DNA of 64,000 bases from Gemmatimonadota bacterium (GCA_003222085.1 QHUK01000024.1:2078-66077); one strand, 5' to 3'. Positions 8,919 through 18,469 are shown, numbered from the stretch's first letter. Numbers and translations: made by a program. Notes: generated by a model not told the origin, from the sequence alone.

Positions 8919-9245
8919 ATGGCCTCGGTTCCCCATACACCGGGTACGGGCGTCCTGCGCAGAGACGGGGTCATCCAGACGTACCTGGGTGGCGTACTCC
9001 CTCCCCGTGCGCTCGCCGACACTAAGCGAATCGCTGAGTTGCTGATCAATGGTCACTCGTCGTACTTGGACACGCTTTGCCAGGCGCTGAGTGGCGATAA
9101 CACGACCGATGGCTTCGAGGCCGTGCCTGCTGACCATGAGCTTTATGACCCGGAGGCGAAGCGGTACTTCGCGCCCCCGCTAACCGTCTGGTATCGTGCG
9201 GATGTGCTCGTGCATCCTGTCGTCCCGAGCACCGGGACGACTTGA
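8919..9245 (+). CDS. Hypothetical protein
   Basis: 108-aa ORF with normal composition, preceded by palindrome CCTGAGG-GT-CCTCAGG. Confidence 0.45.
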   Translation: MASVPHTPGTGVLRRDGVIQTYLGGVLPPRALADTKRIAELLINGHSSYLDTLCQALSGDNTTDGFEAVPADHELYDPEAKRYFAPPLTVWYRADVLVHPVVPSTGTT

Positions 9246-9497
9246 GATCCCAGCGTTTTCGTTGCGATCAAACTACTCCGCTGGACTGCGACAAGTCTTG
9301 TCAAGCGGAAGACGAGCCACTACACGGTGGGTCGAGATCGTCGTGCGCAGGCCGTCGCGGCGCCGGGCTGGGGCGTCTGCGGGTGCTGGCCGGCTCGCGG
9401 CGCTGACCCACCTCCCCCACTCCCGTGTAGCGGTCCCGGTTTCTTAGACAAGAGGGCGACTTAATCACGCCGTCTGGCGCGTCAGCACCCCGACTAG

Positions 9498-9520
9498 TCC
9501 CACCACTTATCCCACCAGTT
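9498..9520. repeat. Tandem TCCCACCA(C/G)TT repeats, candidate integrase arm-type sites
   Basis: Two 11-mers with 12-bp period about 100 bp inside the att site. Confidence 0.5.
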
Positions 9521-9622
9521 TCGGTTCATCATCGGGTAGCTTCAGACCTCCTCGTTCCCCTCGGTCGGGTGAGAAGTCCCTGACTTTCCGCCATCTTCCG
9601 TTGAACGGCTCCGAGCCTTCTT

Positions 9623-9666
9623 GACTTTTAATCCGTAGGTCCTGGGTTCGATCCCCAGCCGGGTCA
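9623..9666 (+). mobile_element. att site: duplicated 3' half of tRNA-Lys(UUU)
   Basis: GACTTTTAATCCGTAGGTCCTGGGTTCGATCCCCAGCCGGGTCA has anticodon loop CTTTTAA, T-arm CTGGG-TTCGATC-CCCAG and the acceptor 3' strand. The D-arm and 5' acceptor strand are absent. Confidence 0.85.
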
Positions 9667-9677
9667 TACCCTCCCCT

Positions 9678-10064
9678 TCAACCGGTTTCCCACCACGCCA
9701 CGATCCCTTCGTGCTTGCAATTGTGACAGGTGGCGCGCGACGGGATGATGCCGCTGCGGAACGGGACGCGGGTCGCGCACTTGGGACATACCCCGTAGCG
9801 GCGTCCGGCGTCCGCTCGCGTGCCGCGGGCCGGGTTGGGGTCGTCGTAGGTGCGGTACACGACGGTGAAGCGATCGGGGCGCTTGTCACGCACTTCCAGC
9901 ATGTCCTGCGGTACGGCCACCCGCTGGCCCGAGACCTCCAGCACCGCGCGGTTCACGCCACTGCTCAAGACGGGATACCAAGCGCCGTTGCGCAACGGTG
10001 CTTCACCTTCGTCCTCGCGCTTCGCCGCGAACCACACCCGCGCCCACCCCAGTATCTGTTCCAT
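9678..10064 (-). CDS. Hypothetical zinc-ribbon protein (LRNGAWYPV...CPKC...CHNC)
   Basis: Two CxxC pairs; paralogous to the island pseudogene at 3579-4020. Confidence 0.75.
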   Translation of the reverse strand: MEQILGWARVWFAAKREDEGEAPLRNGAWYPVLSSGVNRAVLEVSGQRVAVPQDMLEVRDKRPDRFTVVYRTYDDPNPARGTRADAGRRYGVCPKCATRVPFRSGIIPSRATCHNCKHEGIVAWWETG

Positions 10065-10213
10065 AGCGTAGAGATTCGCGGTTTCGGGCCCGAGAGTCTG
10101 TGATCTGGATAACACGCATACCACCTGGGGCCCGGTAGCCGTGGGGTCCCTGAGCCAGGTATATTCGCGCAAGATACGGTGGGGCAGGCTGCTAGCCGGC
10201 AGCGGAGGTTTGC

Positions 10214-10627
10214 ATGCGACGATCGAGTACGACCCTGCGGTCCCAGGCGGCCGCCAGCTGTGCGGCGCTCTTGCTCGGTGGCTGCGTGGTCGCCGCCGCG
10301 GGTGCCGGCGCCGGGGGCGGTATCTACTTTACCCAGCGCGGAGTCGAGTCGGTCGTCCCCGTCACGGTCGAGCGTGCGGCGACCGCCACCAACCAGGCGT
10401 TTGGCGCGCTCAAAATCCGGCAGACGAAATCGCAGGCCGAGCAAGAGGATGATGGGGAGAAGCGGGAAATCGAGGGCGCGGCGGGCGACCGGGAGGTCAA
10501 CGTCACGCTCAAGGTGGAAGGCAAGAACTCCACCCGCGTGCAGGTGGTCGCAAAGCGCACCGCCGTCACCTGGGACAAGGATTTCGCCCGCTCCGTGCTG
10601 GACAAGATCGTCGCCTACTCGCACTAA
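10214..10627 (+). CDS. Lipoprotein, DUF3568-like
   Basis: Lipobox LLLGGC followed by VVAAAGAGAGGGIY. Confidence 0.75.
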   Translation: MRRSSTTLRSQAAASCAALLLGGCVVAAAGAGAGGGIYFTQRGVESVVPVTVERAATATNQAFGALKIRQTKSQAEQEDDGEKREIEGAAGDREVNVTLKVEGKNSTRVQVVAKRTAVTWDKDFARSVLDKIVAYSH

Positions 10628-10634
10628 GGGACCT

Positions 10635-11498
10635 ATGCCGCCCATCGTCTGGATCGACGGGACGTACCACGAGCGCACCGACGCCAAGGTGTCGGTGTTC
10701 GACCACGGGCTCCTGTACGGCGACGGCATCTTCGAGGGCATCCGCGTCTACAACCGGCGGGTGTTTCGGCTGGCGCAGCACCTCGACCGCCTGTACGCCT
10801 CGGCCAAAGGGATATGGCTCGAGATCCCGCTCCCGAAACCGGCGATGCACCGGCTGGTGGAGGAGGCCGTCGCGAAAAGCGGACTCGAGGAAGCCTACAT
10901 CCGGCTGGTGGTAACGCGCGGCGTGGGCGATCTGGGGCTCGACCCGCGCAAGTGCGCCGCGCCGTCGGTCATCTGCATCGTGGACACGATCCAGCTCTGG
11001 TCGCCGGAGCGCTACGAGAAGGGCCTCACCGCCCTCACCGCCGCCACCCCGATCAGCCACCGGGAAAGCCTGTCGCCCCGCGTGAAATCGCTCAACTACC
11101 TCTCGCACATCCTGGCGAAGGTCGAGGGCATCGCGGCCGGGGTCGACGAGGTCATCATGCTGGACTCCCAGGGCTACGTCGCCGAGGCGAGCGGGATGAA
11201 CCTGTTCGCGGTGGCGAACGGCACGCTCAAGACGCCGCCCGCGTACGCCGGGATTCTGCGCGGCGTGACGCGCGATGCCGTGATCGAGGTCGCGCGCGAG
11301 GCGACCTACGCCGTCGAAGAGCTGCCGCTGAACCGCTACGATCTGTACACCGCGGACGAGATGTTCCTCACCGGTACCGCCGCCGAGATCGTCGCCGTCA
11401 CCAAGCTGGACGGTCGTTCGATCGGGAGCGGCAAGCCGGGTCCCACCACGCAGGCGCTCGCCAAGCGATTCAAGGCGCTCGCCACCAGAGGGGACTGA
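10635..11498 (+). CDS. ilvE: Branched-chain amino acid aminotransferase
   Basis: VSVFDHGLLYGDGIFEGIR, VKSLNYL, EASGMNLF, ILRGVTR, EMFLTGTAAE. Confidence 0.95.
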   Translation: MPPIVWIDGTYHERTDAKVSVFDHGLLYGDGIFEGIRVYNRRVFRLAQHLDRLYASAKGIWLEIPLPKPAMHRLVEEAVAKSGLEEAYIRLVVTRGVGDLGLDPRKCAAPSVICIVDTIQLWSPERYEKGLTALTAATPISHRESLSPRVKSLNYLSHILAKVEGIAAGVDEVIMLDSQGYVAEASGMNLFAVANGTLKTPPAYAGILRGVTRDAVIEVAREATYAVEELPLNRYDLYTADEMFLTGTAAEIVAVTKLDGRSIGSGKPGPTTQALAKRFKALATRGD

Positions 11499-11511
11499 CC
11501 TCTCTCAACTA

Positions 11512-11541
11512 TTGACAGGACTTGGGGTTAGCCGCCATATT
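11512..11541 (+). promoter_or_regulatory. Sigma-70 promoter candidate
   Basis: TTGACA-N18-CATATT upstream of the 11571 operon. Confidence 0.45.
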
Positions 11542-11570
11542 GGCGGGCCCAAGTTTCCAGGTGGTGATGC

Positions 11571-11813
11571 ATGCCATGGAGAGTTATCGCCCACGGCGAT
11601 CAAGTTTGGCATGTGGACGCCCTCGCAGAGCGCCCGGCCAACGCCGAGGCATGGCAGCTGGTGTTGTCCTTCCGGTCGGCGTCCGAGCGCCCCGGGCGGT
11701 CGTTTTGGACCCTGTACCCGCTGGAGGCCAGCTCGAAGTCCTCACTGTTCATCCAAGCGGAGCGCATCCCCGACACGGCTCTCTCGCAACTCCTGGCTGA
11801 GCGCCTCGCGTGA
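11571..11813 (+). CDS. Hypothetical protein
   Basis: 80 aa; GTGA-coupled to the next gene. Confidence 0.7.
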   Translation: MPWRVIAHGDQVWHVDALAERPANAEAWQLVLSFRSASERPGRSFWTLYPLEASSKSSLFIQAERIPDTALSQLLAERLA

Positions 11814-12217
11814 GCGAGACCGAGCGGCTGCGTTTTCAGGAGTTTGCGTTCGAGCGCCTGGCCAGCGGTCGCTGTCGCGCCAAGGTGGTGCTGTCGTGGG
11901 CCGACGGACGGCAGTTCATGGGCGAGTCCGACGGCGTGATTTCGCAGGCGGGCGAGTTGCGCTGTTGTGCGGAGGCGACGGTTCGCGCCCTGGAGCGCGT
12001 GGTGCAGCCGAAGCTCGGGTTCGAGCTCTTGGGCGTGAAGGCGGTTCGCGCGTTCGATGCCGTCGTCGTGATCGTTTCGCTCTCGGCGCGGCAGGAGTCG
12101 CGGGCCTCGCGCCTCGTGGGAGCCTATCTCGCCGAAGCCGATCCCCCCCGCGGCGCGGCGCTTGCGGTGCTGAACGCGACGAACCGCATACTGGGCAATT
12201 TCTTCGCCACGCGATGA
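11810..12217 (+). CDS. Hypothetical protein
   Basis: 135 aa; ATGA-coupled to the transglycosylase. Confidence 0.75.
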   Translation: MSETERLRFQEFAFERLASGRCRAKVVLSWADGRQFMGESDGVISQAGELRCCAEATVRALERVVQPKLGFELLGVKAVRAFDAVVVIVSLSARQESRASRLVGAYLAEADPPRGAALAVLNATNRILGNFFATR

Positions 12218-13791
12218 CCGGGACCGCACGAATTCGCCTGCTCGCCCTGGTGGGCGCGGCGCTGAGCGCCGCGTGCGGCGGCGCCCGCGGAGTCCGCGGA
12301 CCCGCCGCGGCCGCGCTGACCCCGGCAGCACCCGATTCGACGACGCTATCGCTTTCGCCCTCCCCGCGAGGCGCCGACTCGGTTGGGGCCCTCGTGGCCC
12401 GGGCCGAGCAGGACTCCGCAGCGGACCAGCAGCTGCTCGACAGCCTCCATCGTCCGCACCCTCGGGTCGACAGCCTGGAGGGCCGGCCCCCCGCGACGTC
12501 GCCGATCAAGGGCGAAGAGGTGGAGCGGGAGGCGGAGCGGTTGTTCGGCGCCGAGGGCCGAGCCGTGATTGGAGCCGCGCCGTCGCCCGAGCCGACCTTT
12601 GACATCGACGTCACGAGCTTCGCGACGAACCGGCGCGTGCTCGAGTATCTCGAGTTCTTTCAGGTGGACTCGCGCGATCGGTTCGAGGTCTGGCTGGCGC
12701 GGCTCGGCCGCTACCAGGGGATGATCCGCGAGCGACTCCGCGCCAAGCGGCTTCCGGAAGACCTCCTCTACCTTTGCCTGATCGAAAGCGGCTTCTCGAA
12801 CACCGCGGTGAGTCGGGCGAAAGCGGTCGGGATGTGGCAGTTCATGGCGAGCACGGCGCGCCTCTATGGCCTCACCGTCGATCCCTGGGTGGACGAGCGC
12901 CGCGACCCGTTCCGGGCGACGGAAGCGGCCGCGAACTACCTCGCGGACCTGCGGGAGCGTCTCGGGAGCGTGTATCTGGCGGCGGCGGCGTACAACGCCG
13001 GTGTCGGACGGATCGAGCGGGGCATCGACCGGCTCCCGGGCGAGCCGGACTCGGTGGACGATCACACGTTCTTTCAGCTCTCGGACCGCCGCTACCTGCG
13101 GCGCGAGACGCGCGATTACGTCCCCAAGCTCATCGCCGCGTCACTGATCGCGAAGCAACCGGGGCGCTACGGCTTCGAGGTAGAGCCGCTGTCGCCCCTC
13201 GCGTTCGACGAGATCACGGTTCCCGACGCGACCGGCCTGGATGTCGTCGCCCGTCTCGCCGACACGAGCGTGGCGGCACTCCTCGACCTCAACCCGCAGT
13301 ACGTGCGGGGCGTCACGCCCCCCGGCCGGAGCGTGGTGGTGCGCGTGCCGCGGGGGCGGGGGACGCTCGTGGCGGAGCGCTTCGACAGTCTCCCGGTCAC
13401 CGAGCGCATCACGTTCGTGGATCACTACGTCTCGCGCGGGCAGACGCTATCGGACATCGCGAAGCGCTATCGCGTGAGCGTCACCATGATCGAGGGCGCG
13501 AACCCCCGCATCAGGGCGCACGCGCTGCGCGTGGGGCAGCGGCTCATCATCCCGATGAGCGGGCGCGTGGTGCCCGCCTCGGCGTGGTCCGTGCCACCCG
13601 AACCCCGCTACCGGCGGGTGTCGAGCACGGGCGTCAGCGCCGGGAACCACCGCGTGCGGTCGGGTGAGACGGCGACCGATATCGCGCGCCGGTACGGCGT
13701 GTCGCTGACGGCGCTCCTCAACTACAACGGCCTCACGATGGGATCGGTTCTGCGGCCCGGGGACGTGCTGAAAATTCCGCAAAAACAATAA
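12214..13791 (+). CDS. MltD-like lytic transglycosylase lipoprotein with two LysM domains
   Basis: Lipobox LSAAC; LIESGF, AVGMWQFM, AAYNAG, ETRDYVPK; LysM GQTLSDIAKRY and GETATDIARRYGVS. Confidence 0.92.
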   Translation: MTGTARIRLLALVGAALSAACGGARGVRGPAAAALTPAAPDSTTLSLSPSPRGADSVGALVARAEQDSAADQQLLDSLHRPHPRVDSLEGRPPATSPIKGEEVEREAERLFGAEGRAVIGAAPSPEPTFDIDVTSFATNRRVLEYLEFFQVDSRDRFEVWLARLGRYQGMIRERLRAKRLPEDLLYLCLIESGFSNTAVSRAKAVGMWQFMASTARLYGLTVDPWVDERRDPFRATEAAANYLADLRERLGSVYLAAAAYNAGVGRIERGIDRLPGEPDSVDDHTFFQLSDRRYLRRETRDYVPKLIAASLIAKQPGRYGFEVEPLSPLAFDEITVPDATGLDVVARLADTSVAALLDLNPQYVRGVTPPGRSVVVRVPRGRGTLVAERFDSLPVTERITFVDHYVSRGQTLSDIAKRYRVSVTMIEGANPRIRAHALRVGQRLIIPMSGRVVPASAWSVPPEPRYRRVSSTGVSAGNHRVRSGETATDIARRYGVSLTALLNYNGLTMGSVLRPGDVLKIPQKQ

Positions 13792-13799
13792 GAAAGAAT

Positions 13800-13947
13800 A
13801 AAGACGTAGCACAAAGACGTAGCACAGAGACGTTACACGAAGACGTAACACGAAAGGCGTAGGGAGCCTCCCCTACGCCTTTGTGCTACGTCTTCGTGTT
13901 ACGCCGTCGTGCTACGTTTTTGTGTTACGTCTTTGTGTTACGTCTTT
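13800..13947. repeat. Palindromic array of 13-bp repeats (RAAGACGTARCAC x4, inverted x5) around a hairpin
   Basis: Units at 13800, 13813, 13826, 13839 and inverted at 13883, 13896, 13909, 13922, 13935. Confidence 0.9.
13853..13882. terminator. Bidirectional hairpin terminator between convergent genes
   Basis: AAAGGCGTAGGG-AGCCTC-CCCTACGCCTTT, a perfect 12-bp stem. Confidence 0.75.
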
Positions 13948-14608
13948 AGCTCTTACGTCTGTACCCTTTCATGAGGGCTGCCGCATAACCGTTCTGCGGG
14001 TCCTTTCCCGCGTCGAGCAGCTCCTGGACCCGGCCCGGCCCCCGGTTGTACGCCAGCAGCGCCAGGCGCAGCTTGGCGTCGGGATTGCCTTCGTAGCGCT
14101 CCAGCAGATCCCGCAGGTAGCGGAACCCGAGTCGCAAGTTGGTGCCGCGGTCGTACAGCTGCGCCGTCGTCAGACCGGGCTCGTACAGCCGGGCCGTGCT
14201 CGGGAGGACCTGCGTGTAGCCGATCGCCCCCACTTTGCTCTTCGCCTTGGGGTTGAATCCCGACTCGACCTTCACGAGACGAAACGCCAAAGCCGGGTCC
14301 ACCCCCTCCGCGAGGGCGACGTCGTAGATCGCCGCGGCCAGGTCGGCCGCGATGACGTAGTGCGTCGAGTAATCGATGATCGCGTTGGCGCGCTCGAGCT
14401 GCAGCCGGGCGACCGCGAGCTCTCCCCGGGTCGCTTCGAGTGCCTGCTCGAGGGAGCGGAGCTCCCCGATCAGCGCGGGCGCCGTGAGCGGCGCCGGCTG
14501 GTCGTCGGCAGTGGCGCGTCGAGCCCAACCGCCGATGCTGCTCACAACCAGAGCGCCAAGGAGAATGAGCCCTCCCTGCAGCATCAGTTTCTGGGTTGTC
14601 GTGTGCAT
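13946..14608 (-). CDS. SLT-domain lytic transglycosylase
   Basis: N-terminal TM/signal and coiled coil; VESGFNP, GAIGYTQV, LALLAYNRG. Confidence 0.9.
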   Translation of the reverse strand: MHTTTQKLMLQGGLILLGALVVSSIGGWARRATADDQPAPLTAPALIGELRSLEQALEATRGELAVARLQLERANAIIDYSTHYVIAADLAAAIYDVALAEGVDPALAFRLVKVESGFNPKAKSKVGAIGYTQVLPSTARLYEPGLTTAQLYDRGTNLRLGFRYLRDLLERYEGNPDAKLRLALLAYNRGPGRVQELLDAGKDPQNGYAAALMKGYRRKS

Positions 14609-14665
14609 AGCCCTCTCTTGTAAGTCCAGGCGGTCTCACCCTGGCACCGCCCCATCAATTCGCCG

Positions 14666-15148
14666 TCAATCAGCCGCGTCGCGCCGCCAGTCGCCGCGGG
14701 TGCCGCCCGTCTTCTCGAGCAGTCGGACCTTCTCGATCTCCATCGCCCGGTCCGCCGCCTTCACCATGTCGTAAACCGTCAGCAGAGCGACCGACACGGC
14801 GGTCAGCGCCTCCATTTCCACGCCCGTCCGCCCGACCGCCTTCGCGGCGGCCCGCACCCGCACTCCCGGGAGCTGGTCGTCCAGCGTCGCGGCGATCTCC
14901 ACGTGGTCGAGGCCCAGCGGGTGGCACAGCGGGATCAGCTCGGCCGTCCGCTTCGCGGCCAGCGTCCCTGCCACCTCGCTCACCGCCAAGACGTCGCCCT
15001 TGGCCACGTGCTGCTCCGCCACAAGCCGAAACGCCTCGCGCGACATCCGGATCGCGCCTTCCGCCACCGCCGTGCGCACGGTGACGGGCTTGTCGCCCAC
15101 GTCCACCATTCGCGCCCGGCCGGCCTCGTCCACATGCGACAGGTTCAT
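14666..15148 (-). CDS. moaC: Cyclic pyranopterin monophosphate synthase
   Basis: [35 protein letters not shown]. Confidence 0.96.
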   Translation of the reverse strand: MNLSHVDEAGRARMVDVGDKPVTVRTAVAEGAIRMSREAFRLVAEQHVAKGDVLAVSEVAGTLAAKRTAELIPLCHPLGLDHVEIAATLDDQLPGVRVRAAAKAVGRTGVEMEALTAVSVALLTVYDMVKAADRAMEIEKVRLLEKTGGTRGDWRRDAAD

Positions 15149-16236
15149 GCCCGCTCCGCCAGGTCGTCGGCCAATACGGCCGCCACGAGCTGTGGGTTCA
15201 CGTTGCCCTGCGCCAGGCTGCGCGCCGCCAGCACCTGCGAAATCGCCGCCACCACCTTCTCCGTCTCGCCGCCGGAACGGGCCTGCTCGCGTAATTGCTC
15301 GAGCAGCCCGTCCAGCATCTCCGTGAACCCGCCCCGCGCCTGAAACGGCTGCAGGCCGAGGGCGAACTCGTAGCGGCGTGCCGGACCCCCTTCCACGGCG
15401 CGGCGGAACCGCTCGCCGGCTTCCACACCCCTCGCGCGACCGTTCCCATCTGCAAGGAGCCTGCCTATGCGCCCGTCCGCCACCGCAACTCGTTGCGCCA
15501 ACTCGCGTTGCCCAGTCACGCCGAGCTCATGCTGCGCGAATGCTGTCACGACGCTGTCGGCCAATCGTGCCACTCGGACGCGCACTACGCGAGACAGAAT
15601 CGTCGGGAGCAGCGACTCCGGCGCGGCGGTCGTCAGAATGAACGTCGCGTCCGCTGGCGGCTCCTCCAATGCCTTCAGTAACGCGTTCGCGGCCGCTTCC
15701 GCTCCCGTCTGCGGCACCAAACGGTCGGCATCGCCAATCACGAACACCTTTCGCCGGGCGAGCGCCGGCGTCAGCGCCAGGCGGCGAAGCAGCAGGCGGA
15801 CGGCGGCGATCCCATGGCTCGCCAAACCCGAGGCCGGCTCGTAAAGCGGCTGCTGGCGCCGCGCCGCCATCTCCTCCCCGAGCGCTTCCTCGACCAGCTC
15901 CACCTGCTTGTCCGCGTCGCCGCCCTTCTTGGACAGCTCGAGCGGCACGAACCAGTGCACGTCGGGATGCGAGAGGTTCAGTAGCAACCTGCAGGGCTGG
16001 CACTCCCCGCACGGCTCTCCCTTTCCCGTTTCCCCTTCCCCGCGACCGTCAGGGAGTCCTTTAGGGTTTCCCGGCTTCTCACAGACCAGCGCCTGCGCCA
16101 ACCACAGGGCCAGCCGCTGCTTCCCCACCCCTGGCGGGCCTTCAAACAGGAGCGCTTGTGGCAACCGGCCGGAGGCAATCGCGCCTACCAGCCGGTGTCG
16201 GATCCCCTCATGGCCGTACAGGGGGGGGATTGGCAT
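15145..16236 (-). CDS. holB: DNA polymerase III delta' subunit
   Basis: [44 protein letters not shown]. Confidence 0.9.
   Translation of the reverse strand: MPIPPLYGHEGIRHRLVGAIASGRLPQALLFEGPPGVGKQRLALWLAQALVCEKPGNPKGLPDGRGEGETGKGEPCGECQPCRLLLNLSHPDVHWFVPLELSKKGGDADKQVELVEEALGEEMAARRQQPLYEPASGLASHGIAAVRLLLRRLALTPALARRKVFVIGDADRLVPQTGAEAAANALLKALEEPPADATFILTTAAPESLLPTILSRVVRVRVARLADSVVTAFAQHELGVTGQRELAQRVAVADGRIGRLLADGNGRARGVEAGERFRRAVEGGPARRYEFALGLQPFQARGGFTEMLDGLLEQLREQARSGGETEKVVAAISQVLAARSLAQGNVNPQLVAAVLADDLAERA
16014..16075. repeat. REP-like + heptamer insertion in frame within holB
   Basis: GCTCTCC/CTTTCCC/GTTTCCC/CTTCCCC heptamers followed by CCGCGACCGTCAGGGAG, in the zinc-module loop. 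Confidence 0.55.
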
Positions 16237-16459
16237 GGCGGAAATGTATCAGTGGTCGGTTTTCAGGCGTCGGTCAGGAAATGAAACGTGTTGCGGTTGC
16301 GTCACTTACGTGAGTTGTTTGGGGCTTGTGCTATTGTAAGCTGATGGCAGACAAGCTAGTACATACGAAAGTGAGCACACACTCGCGAGATAGTGCCCAA
16401 TTTTCTTACGTTTTCGCCATTTCTTCGGTGTCGCTGTGGCAACGCAACATCCATCAACA

Positions 16460-18469
16460 CTATTGTGGCGCGTTAGCAGCACTCTTGCCGGTTACCAGGA
16501 GAGCCGCCGCCCGCAGCTGAGGTGGCTGGCCCACCACAACGAGAACATCATCGGCGGCGAGGCGGAACTGTGGACCGGGCGTCGCGATCTCGTCGCCGCC
16601 CCGACCGACCGCGAGCACCAACGCGCCGGTCTGGGTACGCAGACCGGTCGCGGCGAGGGTCTGGCCGACGAGGGGCGAGTCTGGGGCGAGGCGCAGCCGC
16701 TCCACCGCCATCTGCGGGATGCCGGCCACCGCGCCGAGGCTCAGGCCCCCGACTCCGTCGCCGCCGCGGAGTGCCTCGTAGTGCGACGAGCGGATCTGTT
16801 CCACCAGGCGCTGGATGTCGGGGCGGGGGACACTGTAGTGGGCCAGCACGCGGGCGAAGATCTCGATCGAGGTCTCAAACTCCTCGGGGATGACGACGTC
16901 CGCTCCGAGCCGGCTGAGCTCGGGGATCTCCGTCACATAGCGGGTGCGCGCGATGATGTGGATGCCGGCGTTGAGGCTTCGCCCCACGCGCACCATGCGG
17001 CGAGTGGCCGCGGGGTCGGAGATCGCGACGACGAGCATTCGGGCACGCTCCGCGCCGAGGGCGCGCAGAATCTCTTCGCGGGTGGCATCGCCGTAGAAGG
17101 CAGGCTCGCCGCGCGCGCGGGCCTGGTGGACGGTCTGCGCGTTGAGCTCGACGATGAGATACGGCGCCTGGATGGACCGCAGGGCGGCCGCGAGGTTGCG
17201 CCCATTGAGGCCGTACCCGGCGACAATGACGTGGTCGGTGAGCGGTTGGTCGGCCGCCGCGATCGCCCCCGGGCGCAGCCCTGGCAGGAGACGGTCGAGC
17301 GGGACCAGCCGCTCCAGCCGGTCGAGCAGCGCTGGGCCGCCCTGCAGCAGAAACGGTGTGACCAGCATCGTCAGCACGGCCACGGCGAGAAACGTCTGGT
17401 AGAGGTTCTCCGAAAGCAGCCCCGTCCCGCGGCCCTCGCGCGCCAGCACGAATGAGAACTCGCCGATCTGGGAGACGGCGAGGCCGGCAAGCAGTGCCAC
17501 CCGTCCTGAGTAGCCCAGGAGGAGCGGACCGCCGGCCGCCAGCAGGGCTTTCCCCCCCATTACGCCCACGACACCGGCCAGGGCAAGCGCCGGGTGGTCG
17601 CGCAGGAACTCGACCTGTACGAGCATACCGACCGCGACGAAGAACAGAGAGATAAAGACGTCACGGAACGGCAGCAGCTCGGCCATCGCCTGGTGGCCGT
17701 AGTCGGACTCCGAGATCACGAGTCCCGCCAGGAAGGCGCCCAGGGCGAGCGATGCCCCCGCCGCCGCCGTTCCCAGGGCGGTGAGCGTCCCGATCAGGAT
17801 GACCGCGATCAGGAACAACTCCCGACTTCGGGTCTTGAGGATCTCGGCGAGGGCGCGCGGCACCACGGTCCGGGCGAGCACCAGCACCCCGATGACGACG
17901 AGCACCGCCTTGCCGAGCGCGAGGAGCAGCGCCCCGGCGCCGCCGCCGGACCGTCCGGCGAGAAACGGGAGGATCAGCATCATCGGCACGACGCACAAGT
18001 CCTGGAAGATCAGCACGCCGGTCGCGAGCCGTCCGTGGGGAGCATCGATCTCGCCCTTATCGGTGAGTCCCTTGAGGACGATGGCGGTGCTGGAGAGCGC
18101 GACGAGGCAGCCCAGGAGCAGCGATACCCGCCAGTTGACATGCAGCGCCATGGCGAGCCCGGCACCGAGCGTGACGGTGAGGCCCACCTGGGCGCCCCCC
18201 CCCGTGACGACCTGCCGCCCCATCTCTCGAAGGCGGCTCAGCGAGAACTCGATACCGATGGTAAAAAGCAAGAGGATGACGCCGACTTCCGCGAGGCTCT
18301 CCACCTGGTGCGCGTCCGAGATCAGGCCGAGCGCGTTGGGTCCGAGCAGCACGCCCGCGACGATGAACCCCGGCAGGGCAGGGAGCTTGATTCGGTGGAA
18401 CAGCAGGATGACCAGCAGGGAGACGGCGAAGATGATCGCCAGGTCCTTGAGGACGGGGTACTGGCTCAT
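16460..18469 (-). CDS. CPA2/Kef-type cation:proton antiporter with RCK N and C domains
   Basis: Multiple TMs, LSSTAIV, GVLIFQDL, SQIGEFSF, GYGLNG, YGDAT. Confidence 0.92.
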   Translation of the reverse strand: MSQYPVLKDLAIIFAVSLLVILLFHRIKLPALPGFIVAGVLLGPNALGLISDAHQVESLAEVGVILLLFTIGIEFSLSRLREMGRQVVTGGGAQVGLTVTLGAGLAMALHVNWRVSLLLGCLVALSSTAIVLKGLTDKGEIDAPHGRLATGVLIFQDLCVVPMMLILPFLAGRSGGGAGALLLALGKAVLVVIGVLVLARTVVPRALAEILKTRSRELFLIAVILIGTLTALGTAAAGASLALGAFLAGLVISESDYGHQAMAELLPFRDVFISLFFVAVGMLVQVEFLRDHPALALAGVVGVMGGKALLAAGGPLLLGYSGRVALLAGLAVSQIGEFSFVLAREGRGTGLLSENLYQTFLAVAVLTMLVTPFLLQGGPALLDRLERLVPLDRLLPGLRPGAIAAADQPLTDHVIVAGYGLNGRNLAAALRSIQAPYLIVELNAQTVHQARARGEPAFYGDATREEILRALGAERARMLVVAISDPAATRRMVRVGRSLNAGIHIIARTRYVTEIPELSRLGADVVIPEEFETSIEIFARVLAHYSVPRPDIQRLVEQIRSSHYEALRGGDGVGGLSLGAVAGIPQMAVERLRLAPDSPLVGQTLAATGLRTQTGALVLAVGRGGDEIATPGPQFRLAADDVLVVVGQPPQLRAAALLVTGKSAANAPQ

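Larger units (their letters stand above)
1..9666. mobile_element. tRNA-Lys-integrated genomic island (right portion)
   Basis: int/xis/mobC, radC and IS remnants, bounded by the tRNA fragment; housekeeping genes resume beyond it. Confidence 0.75.

Noticed and set aside
9375-9495. Structured ncRNA (GGGTGCTG...CAGCACCC pairing)
   Set aside because: Only a short complementary pair in GC-rich DNA; no recognisable family features.
9590-9670. Complete tRNA-Lys gene
   Set aside because: The 5' acceptor strand and D-arm are missing and the anticodon stem 5' side is broken; it is an att duplication.
13800-13947. CRISPR array
   Set aside because: 13-bp units abut without spacers, orientation inverts at the centre, and there are no cas genes in the window.
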